In this document: piece after piece, positions 37,558-51,498 of the stretch
Layout of the letters: each line of letters starts with the position of its first letter
Position numbering within the stretch: the first letter of the stretch is position 1
Assembly (NCBI GenBank): GCA_001949185.1
Contig: BDGG01000005.1
Coordinates: forward strand, 868,001-932,000
Direction: 5' to 3'
DNA: 64,000 nt
Origin: Ramazzottius varieornatus
Lineage: Eukaryota; Animalia; Tardigrada
Translations under genes and position numbers: made by a program
Notes under the pieces: model-generated
Told to the model about the DNA's origin: nothing
Database searches by the model: none
What the model saw: the letters and a program-made list of their open reading frames with translations, nothing else

Positions 37558-39725
37558 GCGTACGGACCAGGAAGTAAACGCAGGAATTAAGTCAGTTTAT
37601 TAGGTATGTCACCGTGACATGTTTACGCAATTCTAAATTTCATGTGGTCAGATTGTTTGTTCTATTTTCGTGCAGGTTTCATCCATCCATGACAACCGGA
37701 AATCCTTATGATCCTTATACGAATGCCACTTTCTAGTAAGAAGATTGATGGTGAAATTTTTCGGTCGGTGGTGTTTCCTGTTTTTCGTACGCCAGCTTCA
37801 GGCGGTGGTCTATTTGCAGACCTTATCTTCGGAAGGAAGTTTGCCGAAGTAAGCTTGGGGAAACCCATCGACTGGTTCAGTCTTCAGAACCGTCATCTGT
37901 GGTTCTTGGCGTGTAATCTTCGCGGGCGATAATTTTACACGTGTCAGCGCATGTTTGCAGGCCACGCTTGAACTTGAATTTTCCGCAACAATCGTCAACA
38001 AAAGAACAGCTTCCCCACAAAGTGACAGAAAAGATAATTTACCCGGTACTATTCCGGTGGTGGAAAGTGATAAATGTTAAGTGGTGTGAAGGCCTCCAGA
38101 TATACTGAGTAATGCATGTGGGCTTTTGTTCGGCCAGCAATGGCCCACCGGAAGCGATACATAATTCTCGCTGTAATCAATAATGGCTGCTCCTACTTAT
38201 CACCATGTCGAATGGGTCGCCGCTTGACTGCGTGAGGGCTCATGCGTACCATATGGCGTGATTATGACGACGACCAACCACGCAGAACTTCCTTTGAGTT
38301 ATACAAAACCGTGCTGCATAACAAATAGTGAATTATGCAAACAACTGGCTGATAAGTATGGTTTGGATTTGTGTGTTCCGGCGTTAAGGCGACCTTGACA
38401 TTGCGGAACAGCGACTGAAAGCAAGGACCAGTTGGGAGCGAAGGAAGGGACCTTTTGGAATCTCCTTCGCGTTCGTGACAACCTGGCTGTAGTCGGTTTT
38501 TTCATCCGAAAATTTCTACCGACAGACCCAGTGTTCCACAGTTGAGGTTACGTATTAAGTCGTGCAGGTAAAGATGTTTTGGCCACACTTGCAGAAAACC
38601 CTGTGGCTTCCCATGCATGTCAATGCGTGCATCGACAAGTACATGCTAATGTTGAATCACTTAGCCAAGAGTTCTTTTCCATTCTTCGGAAGGGACTTCG
38701 TCTACCTAGAAAAGGTGCTTTTGATCGGAAACGGAGCACCTTTGGTTTCGAAGAGCGGCGAACCTAGGCTTCCTTTCCTTCCTGGATGTTGATCATTACT
38801 AACCACATGAAAAATATTAGTAAAGGCGGAAAGCTCATATGATGCACCAGCGTTATTGATAATAAATATTATCAACCAGGGACAAGTGCGCTTCAAAATA
38901 AACACACAACATTGACTCAGAAAAAAAGCTGAACTCATTTACGAGGATCCTTTTAACATCTAAATTTACTGTCGCGTTAATTAAAGACAAACACACCCAT
39001 GTTAACAATTAACACATGTATGGCATGACAGTCTAACCAGCCTCACTTTAAATTGGCAACAAAAGGCAGTATGACCTGGGCGGGACAAGGTGACGTTTCT
39101 GTTGAGTGTTGACTATCCACTTTGAACAGGGGATGAACCACGACGCGCGCCGTTTCACGTTGGGGAGGATTCAATGCTTTTTCGTTAACATGGCTGACGA
39201 GCTGACTGCCTGTAACAAAGACAGTACATGTACATATGACATGACTCACATTTTCATGAGCACATCGTTCACTTTCATAACCACATAAAACTCGAAAAAT
39301 TCCTTCTTTAGCAGTGCGTCTTTGTTCGATCTTATTTGGAACCTTCTCCCAGATCCACAGCAGCCATTCCAGTTTATAGCCATCGGACCAAAGTAAGGTT
39401 TGCCTAGAAACCCACTCCAGCAAGCGGTACATAAGTTATTCTTAGACGTTCTTGAGCTACTTTAAAGTTTTGAATGTCTGCCTGCACTATTAGGTCTCCT
39501 ACTCAACCTTGTGTTACTTCCTCCGTGTAACCATAAGCAATAATTCTACTCCAGGAACACATTTCGTTTGTATGTAGGTAGTCTCGCAGCGGGAAAGCTC
39601 TTTTAAGGAGACTGGAAAACGATCTTGCCGTCTTGGACGGAAATGCTGATGGTACATCATCTCGTCAATCGTTGATTGTTGATTGCATCGATCATTCGAA
39701 TCCCACAGTATCCAAGCGGAAGCCT

Positions 39726-42700
39726 ATGCGCCTTCATCTCCTGCCTGAAAGTCAAGTCGGATTAGATGTCCGACGCGTTGAGACTTGCTCAACAGCCTTC
39801 CATGATCCTCCCGAAAACGGTCAGTCGGACGTACAACGAGGAGGCTCGGACGATAAACAAGGAGAGGAGAGCGAGAGAAATATGGATGAGGAGGATGAGT
39901 ACCAGTTTGACGAGCCCGCCGAAGTGTCCTTGGCTACCTTTGCCCACCAGGTTGGCGGCCATTCGGCGCTCTTTCTCATAGACAACGCTACTATCTGCAA
40001 GGTGTTGATTCCCCGTGAGCTGAGGTTTTATCAGCATGCCCCGGATGCACTTCGACCCTTCCTCGCCGAATATAAAGGTATGTATTCATACTTTCATGGT
40101 TTTCCTCGAACTGAGGTTTTCTGACGACTGATAAAGCTTCCATTCCTCCATCAAAATATTGGTAAAAGGTCATGTAACGGAAAAGTAGCACTGCTGACGG
40201 CGTTTAGAGTTCCCATAGAAGAATTGTCGAAACTATAAATTGATGTTGCGCGATGGGCAGTAATGGGGCGGTGCCATAGGCGTGCGTGCATGCACAGGTG
40301 TGGCAGTCATGGTTTAGCGCGTGCATATCGAATAAAATTTTGCCCAGAGATAATTCGCTTCGGTTTCTAACTGTCAGAGCTACGCGCCTGACCTAACCGT
40401 TGACATGGACAAAACAGTTGGCAGCCGGCCGAAAGCGGCAATGGTCAACAGTTAGGTCAGGTGCATGGACTGAATTATCGAGTGCAATGTCGAAGGGTGG
40501 TCAAGAAGAAACTGACGTCCGTGTTTCAAGATGTCTGTTTTACGTTTTCAGGACAAATCCAGGTTAACTGCAAGCTTGACCGTGACGGACAAGTTCACTT
40601 TGTAGCTCGCCCCAAGAGTTGCAGCATTAGTAACGAGTCTCGCTTGGCTCTGACGGACCAAAAGAACACAACGCCAGCTGTACCTTCCTCCGATCTCCAG
40701 CGCCTTCGCCATGGATCTGGCTCGTCAGCCGAGACGGACTTTATCGCTGAGGACTTCGTGGACGAGGACGAACCGGACCCACAGATGTCGGACGAGAACT
40801 CCACGGCGTCGGAAGACTTGACCGCTTCCACGTCCGCTTCCCGGTACGCGATACAAAGTATTTGGCAAACAACTTCTGTCTTGCTGTTCTTGATGGTGAT
40901 TGTGTTTGGCATAATAGTCACGCTACCAGTTTTTTTTGCTTTCATGGAAAGAAGCTTGCTTGGTGTACGGAGTCTAATTGTTGTTGACACTTGACAGGAA
41001 GCACAGCGCACCTACCAAGAGAGCCTCCAAGCTACTCAGCGACCAAGGTACTTATGCCGGTTTGGAATCATGGAGCCAGAAGTGCCAGGAAAGACAGCTA
41101 TCCAAGCTAACCACATCCTCCAATGACGCACCTCAGTGTAAGTCTTCGACAGTCATTTCCATTCTAGTTTCCCAGACGATTACCAACATTTTGAGCCACC
41201 GTAGCGGCCTGAGGAAGAAATTAAGTACTAATAAAAATAATGACTGGGGTAGTTTCTGACATTTGGACTCATTCAAAAGTCGGATCGAAGTATATGATTA
41301 GTAACTATTTGATTGACGGAGATTAAAACTTGTTTTTTGAGGTTGACGGTTTGCGTAACGGGGAAACGATTGACAGGTTTTTCACTTCTAGTTTAGCCAT
41401 AGCTGGTGTCTTGAAAGGAGGGAAAATTTATTCTTGGCATGGTGTGGTGGTGGCTGCTGTTTACCGTAAGACGTTTTGAGAAAATGGAAGGCCCAAAGGC
41501 TTTCAGCCATTGAGAAGAATGACAAGGAAACAGCAGACGCAGCACCTGGAGGAAGCATGTCAAGGCATAGGAGCATATCGGCTTGTTATGCAGTCGTTGA
41601 TATTTGATCGATCAAGGAACGAAACCAAGAGCTGAGCAGACACTTTTCCCTGATTGATTTTCGATAGATTGATGTTTGCTTACATAGAAAAGTACACCAT
41701 GCGGTCAGACGACTAAGACTTTTCCGCGAAACGTTTCCACAACTTTTTCGAAGCTACCGGAAATATCGAATTTTTTCCAACAAAGAATGAACTCGAAATG
41801 AGGTGAGCATTCAGGTTACTGTTTTTGCTGACAGGAAGGGGTTTCAAAATATGAATTAGACTCGATAAAATCGTTTTCCGTGTGGCGCACGCTTTCGGCC
41901 TGTAATACCGAAGAAGTGCGTCATTTGAGAAAGCAGTCTGGTCGGCTTTGTTTGCCGAGATCGCAGTGTTTTTATTCGAGTCATGGAAGTACTGTAAGTT
42001 AAAACCGGAAGTAAACCGAAGAATGGGACGATGCAAACTGCAGAAGGGGATTGCGAGGTGCACCATATGAGTGTTTTCGTTCAGATGGCGTTTGTGAAGG
42101 AGCAACGACTGAGTGAACTTGTTTGTTCAACGTGGTGAACCCGGTGTCGAAATAACCCTTCTCTGGTTACAGATTTCCTACTACTGGAGAATGTTTGCGT
42201 CAAGTTCAAGCAGCCCTGCATACTGGATCTAAAAATGGGCACTCGACAGCATGGTGATGACGCGCCGAAGGAGAAGATGAACCGACAGAAGGAGAAGTGT
42301 GCCAGCACCACTTCCAAAACCATCGGCGTCCGCGCGTGCGGCATGCAAGTACGCTCAGCCACATACATTTCGCATGTCGTCTTGGACGCTGAAACACGTA
42401 TCTGGTTTCGCTTGAATTCCTCGTTCCAAAATCTAATTTGAAAGTTCGTAAGTGGACGACGATGATGGGCCAAGATACGTGATTGGGTTACGCAATATTA
42501 GTGCATAATTAAAATGTCTAATTGCCTCGATCAACCGGCGCACTCGTCTATAAGCAGGGAATCTCTTCATCCCTAGCATAGTCAGTATGTCAAAGGACAA
42601 ACCAATTGTTGTGTGCAGCTCTTGAACCCTACACCGAGTAAATTAGAGATTCGTTTCACAAGTGGCGCACGTTGACGTTGCCGTTGTCGATGGCTGATAG

Positions 42701-43321
42701 CGTGCGCCACTCGGGATAACGATCCGGAAGAATCCGTACGCCGCCAAGCCACCGTTTTCATTTTTCTGATGCGCTTTGGAGTTGTACGCTGGTTTAAATT
42801 TATGTTGAAGTAATTTTTTTTCTTGTTGCTTTCAGGTTTACCAGTCCGAGCTGAAGAAATATACGACGTGGGACAAGTACTACGGCCGCGCTCTCTGTGT
42901 CGAAGGCTTCAAAACGGCCTTGCGGGACTTCCTGTTCAACGGCGCGCGCTTCCTGAGCGAACTGGTCCCGGACATTGTCTCCCAGCTGAAACGACTGCAA
43001 GTCTCCGTGAGAACTCTCGAAGGTTTCCGTTTCTACTCGAGCTCGCTCCTCATCATGTACGAGGGCAGCGACCAACAAGTCAGCTCTTCTTCATCAATCG
43101 ACGGACCCAAGATGCCCACGAAGCGTGGGGTCGACATCAAGATGATTGATTTCGCCCACTCGTCCCTGCCGCACGCGTCGACAGTTCGACATAAAGGCCC
43201 GGATAGTGGGTATCTGTTCGGGCTGGATAATTTGATTCGGCTACTGGAAGAACTACTGGCAGCGGCCACCACTTCCCTTTCTTTTACTTCACCTTCCGTC
43301 GCGACCTCAGTGCCTGTTTGA
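39726..43321 (+). CDS. IP6K: Inositol hexakisphosphate kinase
   Basis: [20 protein letters not shown]...[69 protein letters not shown]. Confidence 0.95.
40384..40464. repeat. 81-nt intronic hairpin (21-bp stem, 2 mismatches) in IP6K intron 1
   Basis: gcgcctgacctaaccgttgac ... gtcaacagttaggtcaggtgc. Confidence 0.75.
41869..41939. repeat. Palindrome copy (IP6K intron)
   Basis: aatcgttttccgtgtggcgca-N27-tgcgtcatttgagaaagc. Confidence 0.78.
42647..42725. repeat. Palindrome copy (IP6K last intron), spacer +6 nt
   Basis: caagtggcgca-N33-tgcgccact-N9-gatc. Confidence 0.88.
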
Positions 43322-44417
43322 AGAAATTTAGAAAGAAATTCCTGCCTGAGTAGAGAGATATTCAAAATGGAACTTCTAATTTTTTCGTTTGTGTCTTGTG
43401 GCTCATTGCTGATAACCGTTCCGTTGTGTATACTGATGATAGTATTGCATGTTTCTCTCGAAGAACGAGTTCTTTCCTGGTGCTTTTTCTTTGATGATTT
43501 TTTGCCTGTCTCTCTTTTGAAGTGTTCTCTCCACTTTGACTCAGGATCCTCACGTGGCATTCCGCAGTACGGGAGCAATATCCAGATGTGCGAGTGGGAT
43601 GAGTGAAGGATGGTCTGTTCCCGATGGTCTCTTGTCGATGGGAAGAAGGATGTCTGTCGTTCGATCACGAACCACTGACGATGGATTGGATGGATGGGGA
43701 AACCGATGAAGAAAAGTCCTGCCGCTGGTGGTGGCTTGGATTAGCAGCTTGATTTGTTGTGTTAATCAGTTAGATTTCTCTTGTAGATGGAAATTACCCA
43801 TATTTAGTCTGGTTTCTCCCGTCAAGGAAGTTCCCGGCGAGTTGCTTTTAATTTGTACCTACATTATACTCTGGTATTTTATGACAAGTGTTGATGTTGA
43901 TTTCCAATTGGAAATTAGTATCGAAACTTTCGGCTCGGAACCGCTGTCCAGTGCTGTACAGAACCGTGTGTTTTGTACTTCCGCATTTTGCGCCATTAAT
44001 GTTCTTCTTGGTGAGGTTCGAGTTCCTCGAAGAAAATGTATCTGTTTAGCTCAGCATATTGTGTTTTATTCTAACCAGAATTCAATAAAGCTTTTCGGTT
44101 TTCAGCAGCATTCTTCTGACTTCGATTTGCTGTGAAATGTGACCCTGAGACGAGTTTCCGCGGTCCGCGGCCTCGGCGGACTGCGGTGTGTCATCTTATG
44201 TTATGTAGGTCATGTCGTCGAAGTATGCTACGACATGACATGACATGCAGTGAAACAGCTGATCGGGATATCTGTAGAACGGGAACGACAACAGATCGGT
44301 TGTCCTCTCCTCCGAAGTCCGGATTGTAGCATGCTCTTCTGGCTTCGCAGCACCTGAAGGATCTGCATCGGATTGTGGGCGTAGTGCAGGAGGATTTGGG
44401 CGGAAGAAAGCTTCATA

Positions 44418-45951
44418 ATGCATTGCTCGCTACGGCATGAGCTGACTGCACCGTCGACGCGCAGTTTGCTCCTCAAATGCACAAGGTACACGTACTGTAC
44501 TGCCGTTTTCACGATCGTGTCACCGAGCTGTTCCGCAACGCTCTACATGCTTGTAGGTCATTTGCGTCGAAAAGCGACGATGCCAGGGGTGGCTCACGTT
44601 CTTCCTCGGGGAGCGACAATGATCAGTCGTCCACATCGAGTGCAGGTGCTTCTGACAAGGCGGGTAGTTCAACTCGCTCCGGATCTGGAGGATGGATAAG
44701 CAAACTGTTGCAAGGCCAAAGCCGGACGATGGAAGTCGGGAAGGAGTCTCACTCGAGAAAGTTGGCTGCAAAAGGAGTGATCTACGAGATGCAAAGTATC
44801 CTATCTTTTCACTGACGAAGGGATATACAGTATACTGCACTTCCGGCCGGCCAGTTAACCGTTCTCTAAGTGCTTTTATGGTGTCTTTGCAGCTCACAAC
44901 GTGAAGCCGGACAAGAGATCTGAATACATACAACGCTAGTACGTGCTGGGGTCTTCAGACAGTAAAGAGAACTTCGCTAACTGTACGTATTGGGAATCTT
45001 TTAATAGTGGCGAACTGGTTCAACGGGGTAACAATGCTCATCTTCCGGCATCCCTGGTCGGAAGCTGGATGGTGGAGACCGGTGGAGACCAAGACCAAGC
45101 TAGTAAGTACGGTCAAAATGAAGTTCATCAGATCTTCTGGGCGTTTTAACTTTTGTGTCCTGCAGTCCACATTTGGAAGCACCCAAACGGGTACGTTTCG
45201 ATGGACAAGACTGCTGCCTACCTACGAGAGAATCAGGTAAGATCGGTCGGAAGAGCCGGAAGTGATGGAACCAACGTGAATAGTCTGAATGACGTTTTGC
45301 AGGAAGCAGCGAGCCAGACGGAAGCGCTCGGGAAGCTACTGCGGTCTCGCCATAACCAAGCCATGCTCAGCTTTAGCTTTTGGGGAGATCCAGAGCCAAA
45401 CAACAAGCATCAGATTTACGAGCTTCGAACCTACACACTGAAGGTTGGCCTTTTTTTACGGACGACCATCAGCTCGCGATTGCTGGCTGATACGTTTGTT
45501 GTTGCAGCCGGGTACTCTCATTGAGTGGGGAAACCAATGGTAAGTCAATTCGCGAATAGTTTCACCCGGAAGCGCACTATGGGCAGAAAATTTCCTTCAT
45601 CTCTCCCGCAGGGCGCGAGCTATTCGAATTCGAAAGTCCCGTGAAGACGGTGTTGGTGGATTTTTTACCCAGATTGGTCCTCTGTACATCGTTCACCACA
45701 TCTGGGCCTACGATAACTTGGAGGCAAGACAAGAAGCGCGAGATGCAGCATGGTCGAGCCCCGGCTGGGACGAATGTGTAGCCAACACAGGTGAACTCTT
45801 CGAGTATTTGTTAAAAACCATTTACTTCGCTTCGAGGAAATTTCTAAACAAACAGAAAAAGTGAAGAATGCTTTTCTCTGTTTTAGTTCCGCTAATTCGA
45901 GAGATGGACTCTCGCGTACTAGTGGCGAACCCCTTTTCACCCCTAAAGTAA
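44418..45951 (+). CDS. NIPSNAP: NipSnap protein
   Basis: ESHSRKL, YEMQTHNVKP, LVGSW...[70 protein letters not shown]...FSPLK*. Start is 44418 or 44477. Confidence 0.93.
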
Positions 45952-46467
45952 AAGTACTCCGTAGGCACAAAGTTTCATCTACATACCTGTTATCCTATGT
46001 TTCTTCCCCCGGTAGTCTTAATTTTATTTGCTTGTTCGTAACGTAGTACGTTTCATGTGATTTTTGATGGGTGAGGAAATTTTTATCCTTGCTGCAACTC
46101 TAACCCATTTTATATTGGTGTGTGTGATCAATCCGAAGGTCCTAAAGGACCGATACAGGCCGTTGAAGTCTTCCTGTTCCTAAGACTCTGATCGTTACAT
46201 GCGTCTCGTATGAACGATACTAGTGACCCGTGCAGTTGGGGCACAATGAAGTTCGGGTGGAATTAGCCACGAAGAGGCTAAGTCAAAGTGGAACAGGATT
46301 GATTTCTGGTTCACGCTATCCTGGTCCGGTTAGAAAATCCTGTTCACCTGACACATAAAATGGTGAGACGCAGCAGTGGGAGCTTTCTGAACTGTTTTTC
46401 TGATGCTTTTGAGTTGAACGTTTACTTGGCATTGCTCATGATAGTCTGAGTCGCTCGAAAGGAAATC

Positions 46468-47497
46468 ATGAAGATTGGAGGAGAGCCAGGGAAGGTCGTA
46501 GAGCAGAAGGACGTGGAATCTGCACAAGACAATAGTCGAAAGTCTTGGCGTTCTGCGTGCGAGTTGGTCGTCAATACCCTGTTAATCATTGTTACCCTTA
46601 TCTTCGTTGGCCTCGGAGCATATGCCTGGAAGCAGATCGTTTTCAAAGAACCTCAGTCTGTGATGATCATGTCACTGTACTCGCGCAACATCACGAACGT
46701 CTACAATGGTTCACCGGAAGGTTCGCCTATTCCAGCTCGCGCTGTGCCTGCCCCATTCCCTCATCCAGTCGTCGACCCAACAATCTTGCTGAACTGGCCG
46801 GAAATTTTCCAACGTGAAGGGAAGCTGACAGTGTACGACGAACCTCTAGACGAAGGATGGCGGTGCTGGTTCCACACGGGATTCAACGTAACACAAGATT
46901 GCCTGCGCGAATGCTATCGGGTTCTGGGTTCGACCGATAAGGTCTGGAACGATTCGGAAGGAGGATGCTATGGTTCGTTTTTCCTTGTTCATTCCTTTTT
47001 GGGGCTTTCATACTCATCGAACTACCTTTAGCAATACGCACAAACATGATTAAAGTTTAGCTTACTGTTCTCTTTTCTCAGGTTTGACGAATGCGTCGAT
47101 CCTTAAAGAACTTCATTCAGCGCCTATGTCGCATCAACTGAAGAACTTCACCATTTGGCCTGAGGCCAAGCTGTTTGCCACCAAGACGCTCAAGCCCACT
47201 GTAACCATCAAAATGCCATTGCTGAATATGTCCTTCTCTGACCATGCCAAGATGTGCCTTTCCTTCTGCGCTCTTCATCCCGAGTGCCATGCTTGTTCCG
47301 CATTCCCTGAGGAACCGATGCAGGTGGATCGAATTCGCGACAGGGCTGTCGGCCCGGTTGGCTTTCAGGGAACTCTGTCATGTTTGCTGTTCGTGGGTAT
47401 AGGAACTAGAGAAAATCCTGTTGAAATAGAAATTTTATCGTCGTATGGAACAGTATCGTACATATTTACGCAAGGAAATTTAATCGGTAGACCATAG
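46468..47497 (+). CDS. Orphan type II membrane protein with Cys-containing, possibly PAN/apple-like ectodomain
   Basis: TM segment LVVNTLLIIVTLIFVGLGAYAW; two exons (intron ~46973-47081); CLSFCALHPECHACS motif. Confidence 0.6.
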
Positions 47498-47787
47498 ACG
47501 CAAATGTTTAGACTTTTCTGTTGTGAACGCCGTCGCTGACTCGCTGGTTGTATTGTTCGATCCAACTAGAAAGTTTTAATGGGTTTCCGAGTGTTTGTTT
47601 TGGTTGTCGTTTTACACAATGCTTGAACAACTCAAAGTTTTCCTGCTTCTCAAGAGACCAGCGCTGATTTAAGATGTTCTATGCTCTGAGAAACTACTCG
47701 CCATAAATATCGAACCAAGTAAACACTAATAGTTAAGTTTCGGTCTGAGATGACACCTCGGGGAATCAAGATGAGTGAACTCAGATC

Positions 47788-48974
47788 CTAAATTAAAACA
47801 GCTGGACGAATGTACCGAACACTTATACGACCCAAAGACTCCTTCCGACTCTCCAGAACCTTTTTCACCTCCGACAGGTATATTTCGTCCTCTTCCGTCA
47901 GGATCACGTGCGTTGGGTCTTCGTCAATCACTTCCGGTTCGTCATACCCATTCCTTTTTCCAACAAGTACTTCCAGAACAACCGTAGCGTACTCGATTTT
48001 TGCATGCTCATCAGGCAACGGGGTCTCCACGTAATCCTTCAAGGTTTCGTCTGTTCTGTAATTCGCATGGAACGGAATGATGTACAGCGGTGCAGCATTT
48101 TCAATCTCCAGCTCCGGTTTATCGAGGAAGAGCAACGAGTCTCTCTCGGCAACCGGAAGTGTGTCGTTCCGCGTCGGCATCAGAGGTAAACTAGACTTTC
48201 TCTGCTTTCGGAGAACCTTACGAGCGAACCAGCTTGTCGCAGGCTTGCGATGGAGTCCCAGCTCTATGAACAAACGATGAGGAACGTAACTAAAAATGCC
48301 ACAGGTTCGATTTATGAATTTCTTTCACAATTGGTTCTAAGAAACGACGAAAACATCATTTTAGAGCTCAGCAGACAGATTTGTACAAGATCCTTGCATC
48401 GAGTGGCGCACTCTTACAGCCCACAGCAATGAGAATGCGCGCCACTTGATGCAATGATCTGGTACATTTCGTTGCTCATTTCCATTTACCTGTCCGATTT
48501 CTTTTCCTTCTTGCATTTGAGTTGTAGCGCGTAAACGTACCAACAAGCGTTTTTCAGCCTTTCGAAGATGATATTGTTGACGAAAGATAGGCCGTAATTG
48601 CTGAGACGACACAGCTGCTCTTCGTATTGTTTGCGGTATCGTAAGGTTTCTTCAACGTTCTTTAGGATTAGCCTTGTAAGGGGGGACATGACCGCTCGCA
48701 AAATCTGAGTTTTGCTTTGCAGCACGACAAGGTTTGAAACTTTCCAGTATGGTTTTGCGAGAGGTATGATCATGTTGACCATAGGGTACAGCTCCATGTT
48801 GTTCTTTACAGAATGTCTAAGCGATCCCCCTTTTCGCGGTGTGTCTTTCCGGGAGCCAGGTCTTACTGCAGATGGCGCGGCGGGAGTCGACGCTTTAGTA
48901 TGAGCCGGCATGATGGTCAATTTCAATCTACGAGCTCGCCAACCATATTGTGCGATGCTACTCTTCCTCCTCAC
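47788..48974 (-). CDS. Hypothetical spliced protein; may extend upstream to ~49.9 kb
   Basis: Two ~160-aa protein-like ORFs separated by a probable intron (donor near 48489); no recognisable domain. Confidence 0.45.
48388..48460. repeat. Palindrome copy (probable intron of hypothetical gene)
   Basis: agatccttgcatcgagtggcgca-N27-cgcgccacttgatgcaatgatct. Confidence 0.92.
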
Positions 48975-49601
48975 TATATTATACCAGCCTTAGTCTGTAA
49001 GCCATTGCGTAGCATGGGTTCTCGGGACTGTGGTTGCCGAGCACTCGCATCTTTCGAGGATCGGTTGAAAAACATCAGACAACAATACATGCATGCGGAT
49101 GCGCGCCAACCACCTAAAACCATTCCACTAATTAAATACTCGCGTTAACAACCACATGAAATCGTCAGTTCGTTGCCATGAACATGTTTTGCAGTAACGA
49201 AGCGAATGAATCGAAGCTTGGAAAACAGAAGTTATACGCAGGGTGCATCTTCCTTAAGGTCATTCTGTAGTGGACGAGAGGAACCTTTCATATCGAGGGG
49301 TGACAATCAATGCGTACTTGCTTGAGGAGCCGCCACCAAAGGTTCTTAGGGAGTTGTTGAGACGGCTTTGGTACTCTAGGAGCGCGCAGTCAATACTGGT
49401 TAGTGGTATTTTCCACTGCTGTGTACGTTTCCGGGAGTTCGACCCATTTCGTTTTGGTTGCCCCCAGTACCGAGATTTCTCTTGGCTGCTCAAACTGATC
49501 GTTCCTTTCTTGGACCTTAGCGGGAACAAAGGTGAGAATTAAGTTGGGACTCAGGCACACACACGCGACAGGCAAGAAAGTCTTGCCAACAGACTCGACA
49601 A

Positions 49602-49672
49602 AATCGTTTTTCCATATGGCGCGCCGTTGACGCTAATGACACTGCACACGTGCGCCACTTGAGAAAACGACG
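49602..49672. repeat. Palindrome copy
   Basis: aatcgtttttccatatggcgcg-N27-tgcgccacttgagaaaacgac. Confidence 0.82.
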
Positions 49673-50112
49673 TAGCCGAGTGTGTTTGCCGAGGTCCAAG
49701 TTGCACCTTTGGTCGAGGACTCTTCGTCCTTTGTCTGCATTACGACACCTGACCTGATTAACTCTACGGATAAAATCGAGTACAAAATACGAAAATATTT
49801 GGCACGATGTCGAACCTGCCATCCTTTCTTTGACAATGTACGACTGTTGACACGGCAGCCGCCGACGTTCCTGAACCTACCATCCTGTTCAAGGTCTGGA
49901 CGGAAGGATGCTCTAGCTGCGGGACGGTTTGATTTTTATTCTGCCGATGTAGTTCCGGTACAGTATATCTATCATGGAAATCACAAAATGTCAAACATTT
50001 AGTTTTTATTGCTTGATTTGCTTCGGTGGGAAAGATATGTTGTCAACGTTCCCAGTAAAGTTAAGGCACAATGTTTCCTGACCGTTTGTGCGGTGGTCCT
50101 TTCATGAGACCT

Positions 50113-51002
50113 TCAAACAGGTCCTGTCGTTGAGTGCGTTAGTGGTACACTGTTTGAGCGTCTAAACGGGACAAACGGTAGACGAAGGGTTTTCTTTCCG
50201 GCTGAAAGATTTCTACGCTTCGACCTCGACGAAGACACCGCAAAGCTCATTGGTCGCTCCAGGTGGCGCTGCTCGGGGTTCCTGTGGAAAAGATTGCGAA
50301 CTCTGACGACCGTCGCAACACTCCACAGCTATCAAACGACAGCAAACTCCTTAGTTTAATCGAGCGGAACATTCAGATGAAGATAGTGATAGCGAGAGGT
50401 TTGGTGGGCTGCTTACGCTGAGAAGAAGGCAAACGGATCCCAGCGTCATTCCCAACACGTAGTACTTGAAGAGGTCTAGCGTGTTCTCATCTTCTGATGG
50501 AACATGCTTCAACAAGCTTGTCTGCCAATCACAAGGCGGAATTATCAACGGCAACTGTCGTGGTTAATTTTTGTTTAACAGTATGACTTACGTCCTCGAG
50601 AAAAAGCAACAAGTTTTTCAGGCATAACGTCCAGACGATCGCGTGACAGACGAAGTTGACCATGAAGATGGAGATCCAGGCGTACAGAAGCCATATCAAT
50701 CTTCGGTACAAGCCAAAAAAGAGCAAGAAGGCACCAACGGTGAGCATGACGAAGAGAACTATCCCGATCGGACCAAACACTGAAAACGAAATGCTTGAAA
50801 CTAATCTGCTGAGAAGGATATGTAAGACGTCGACAAATGAATCAACCCAGATCGTCTTTCCAAGTGACTCGGACTCTCGGCCAATAACAGCAAAAGCGTG
50901 CTCCACTTGGGACAGCGATCTGGGTGAAGTTATTTGCTGACGTCCGATATGAAGGAATTTTCTGAAAATGAAAAGAAAACCACAAATGAAAAGTAATTTC
51001 AT
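50113..51002 (-). CDS. Multi-pass membrane protein (LAPTM/DUF4728-like guess); 5' exons uncertain
   Basis: Hydrophobic helices IGIVLFVMLTVGAFLLFFGLYRRLIWLLYAWISIFMVNFV and YYVLGMTLGSVCLLLS|LWSVATVV; basic tail; plausible GT-AG junctions. Confidence 0.6.
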
Positions 51003-51426
51003 AACTTTTCCTCTTTCTTGTTGTAGATCTATGAATCGTCCAGAGAAGATAAAGATTTCGAGCAGTCCAACTGAAAAACTGTTCGTCGGACTCCAGGCGA
51101 AGTCCGCATTTCGACGAGGTCGCCGTCAGTGATAAGTTTCATGGTTCTGGATTGGGTTTCTTGAACTCATTTATGAGACTTACCGTGGTCACGGTCCCAC
51201 ACTTTGGTTGCTATCAATAGGATAAAGCCAACCACTCCCATAATCTAACGAACAAAGGGAAAAGAGAGCTGTCAGGAAACAGGGAAAATGCTTACAGGTC
51301 GACAGTGTCAGTTTGCAAATAGCCGCTAGGGAATTACAGGAGTGTGACCGAGTGACAGAACTTTAATTTCAAACATCGATCCATTAATTTGCATACCAGA
51401 TGGGAGCCAGGCGAACAAGACGTACG

Positions 51427-51498
51427 AGATCGATATCCAAAGTGGCGGAACCTTGCGGTCAACAGCAATGAAAACGTGCGCCACTGGTATAGCGATCT
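51427..51498. repeat. Palindrome copy
   Basis: gatc-N9-agtggcgga-N27-tgcgccact-N8-gatc. Confidence 0.88.
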
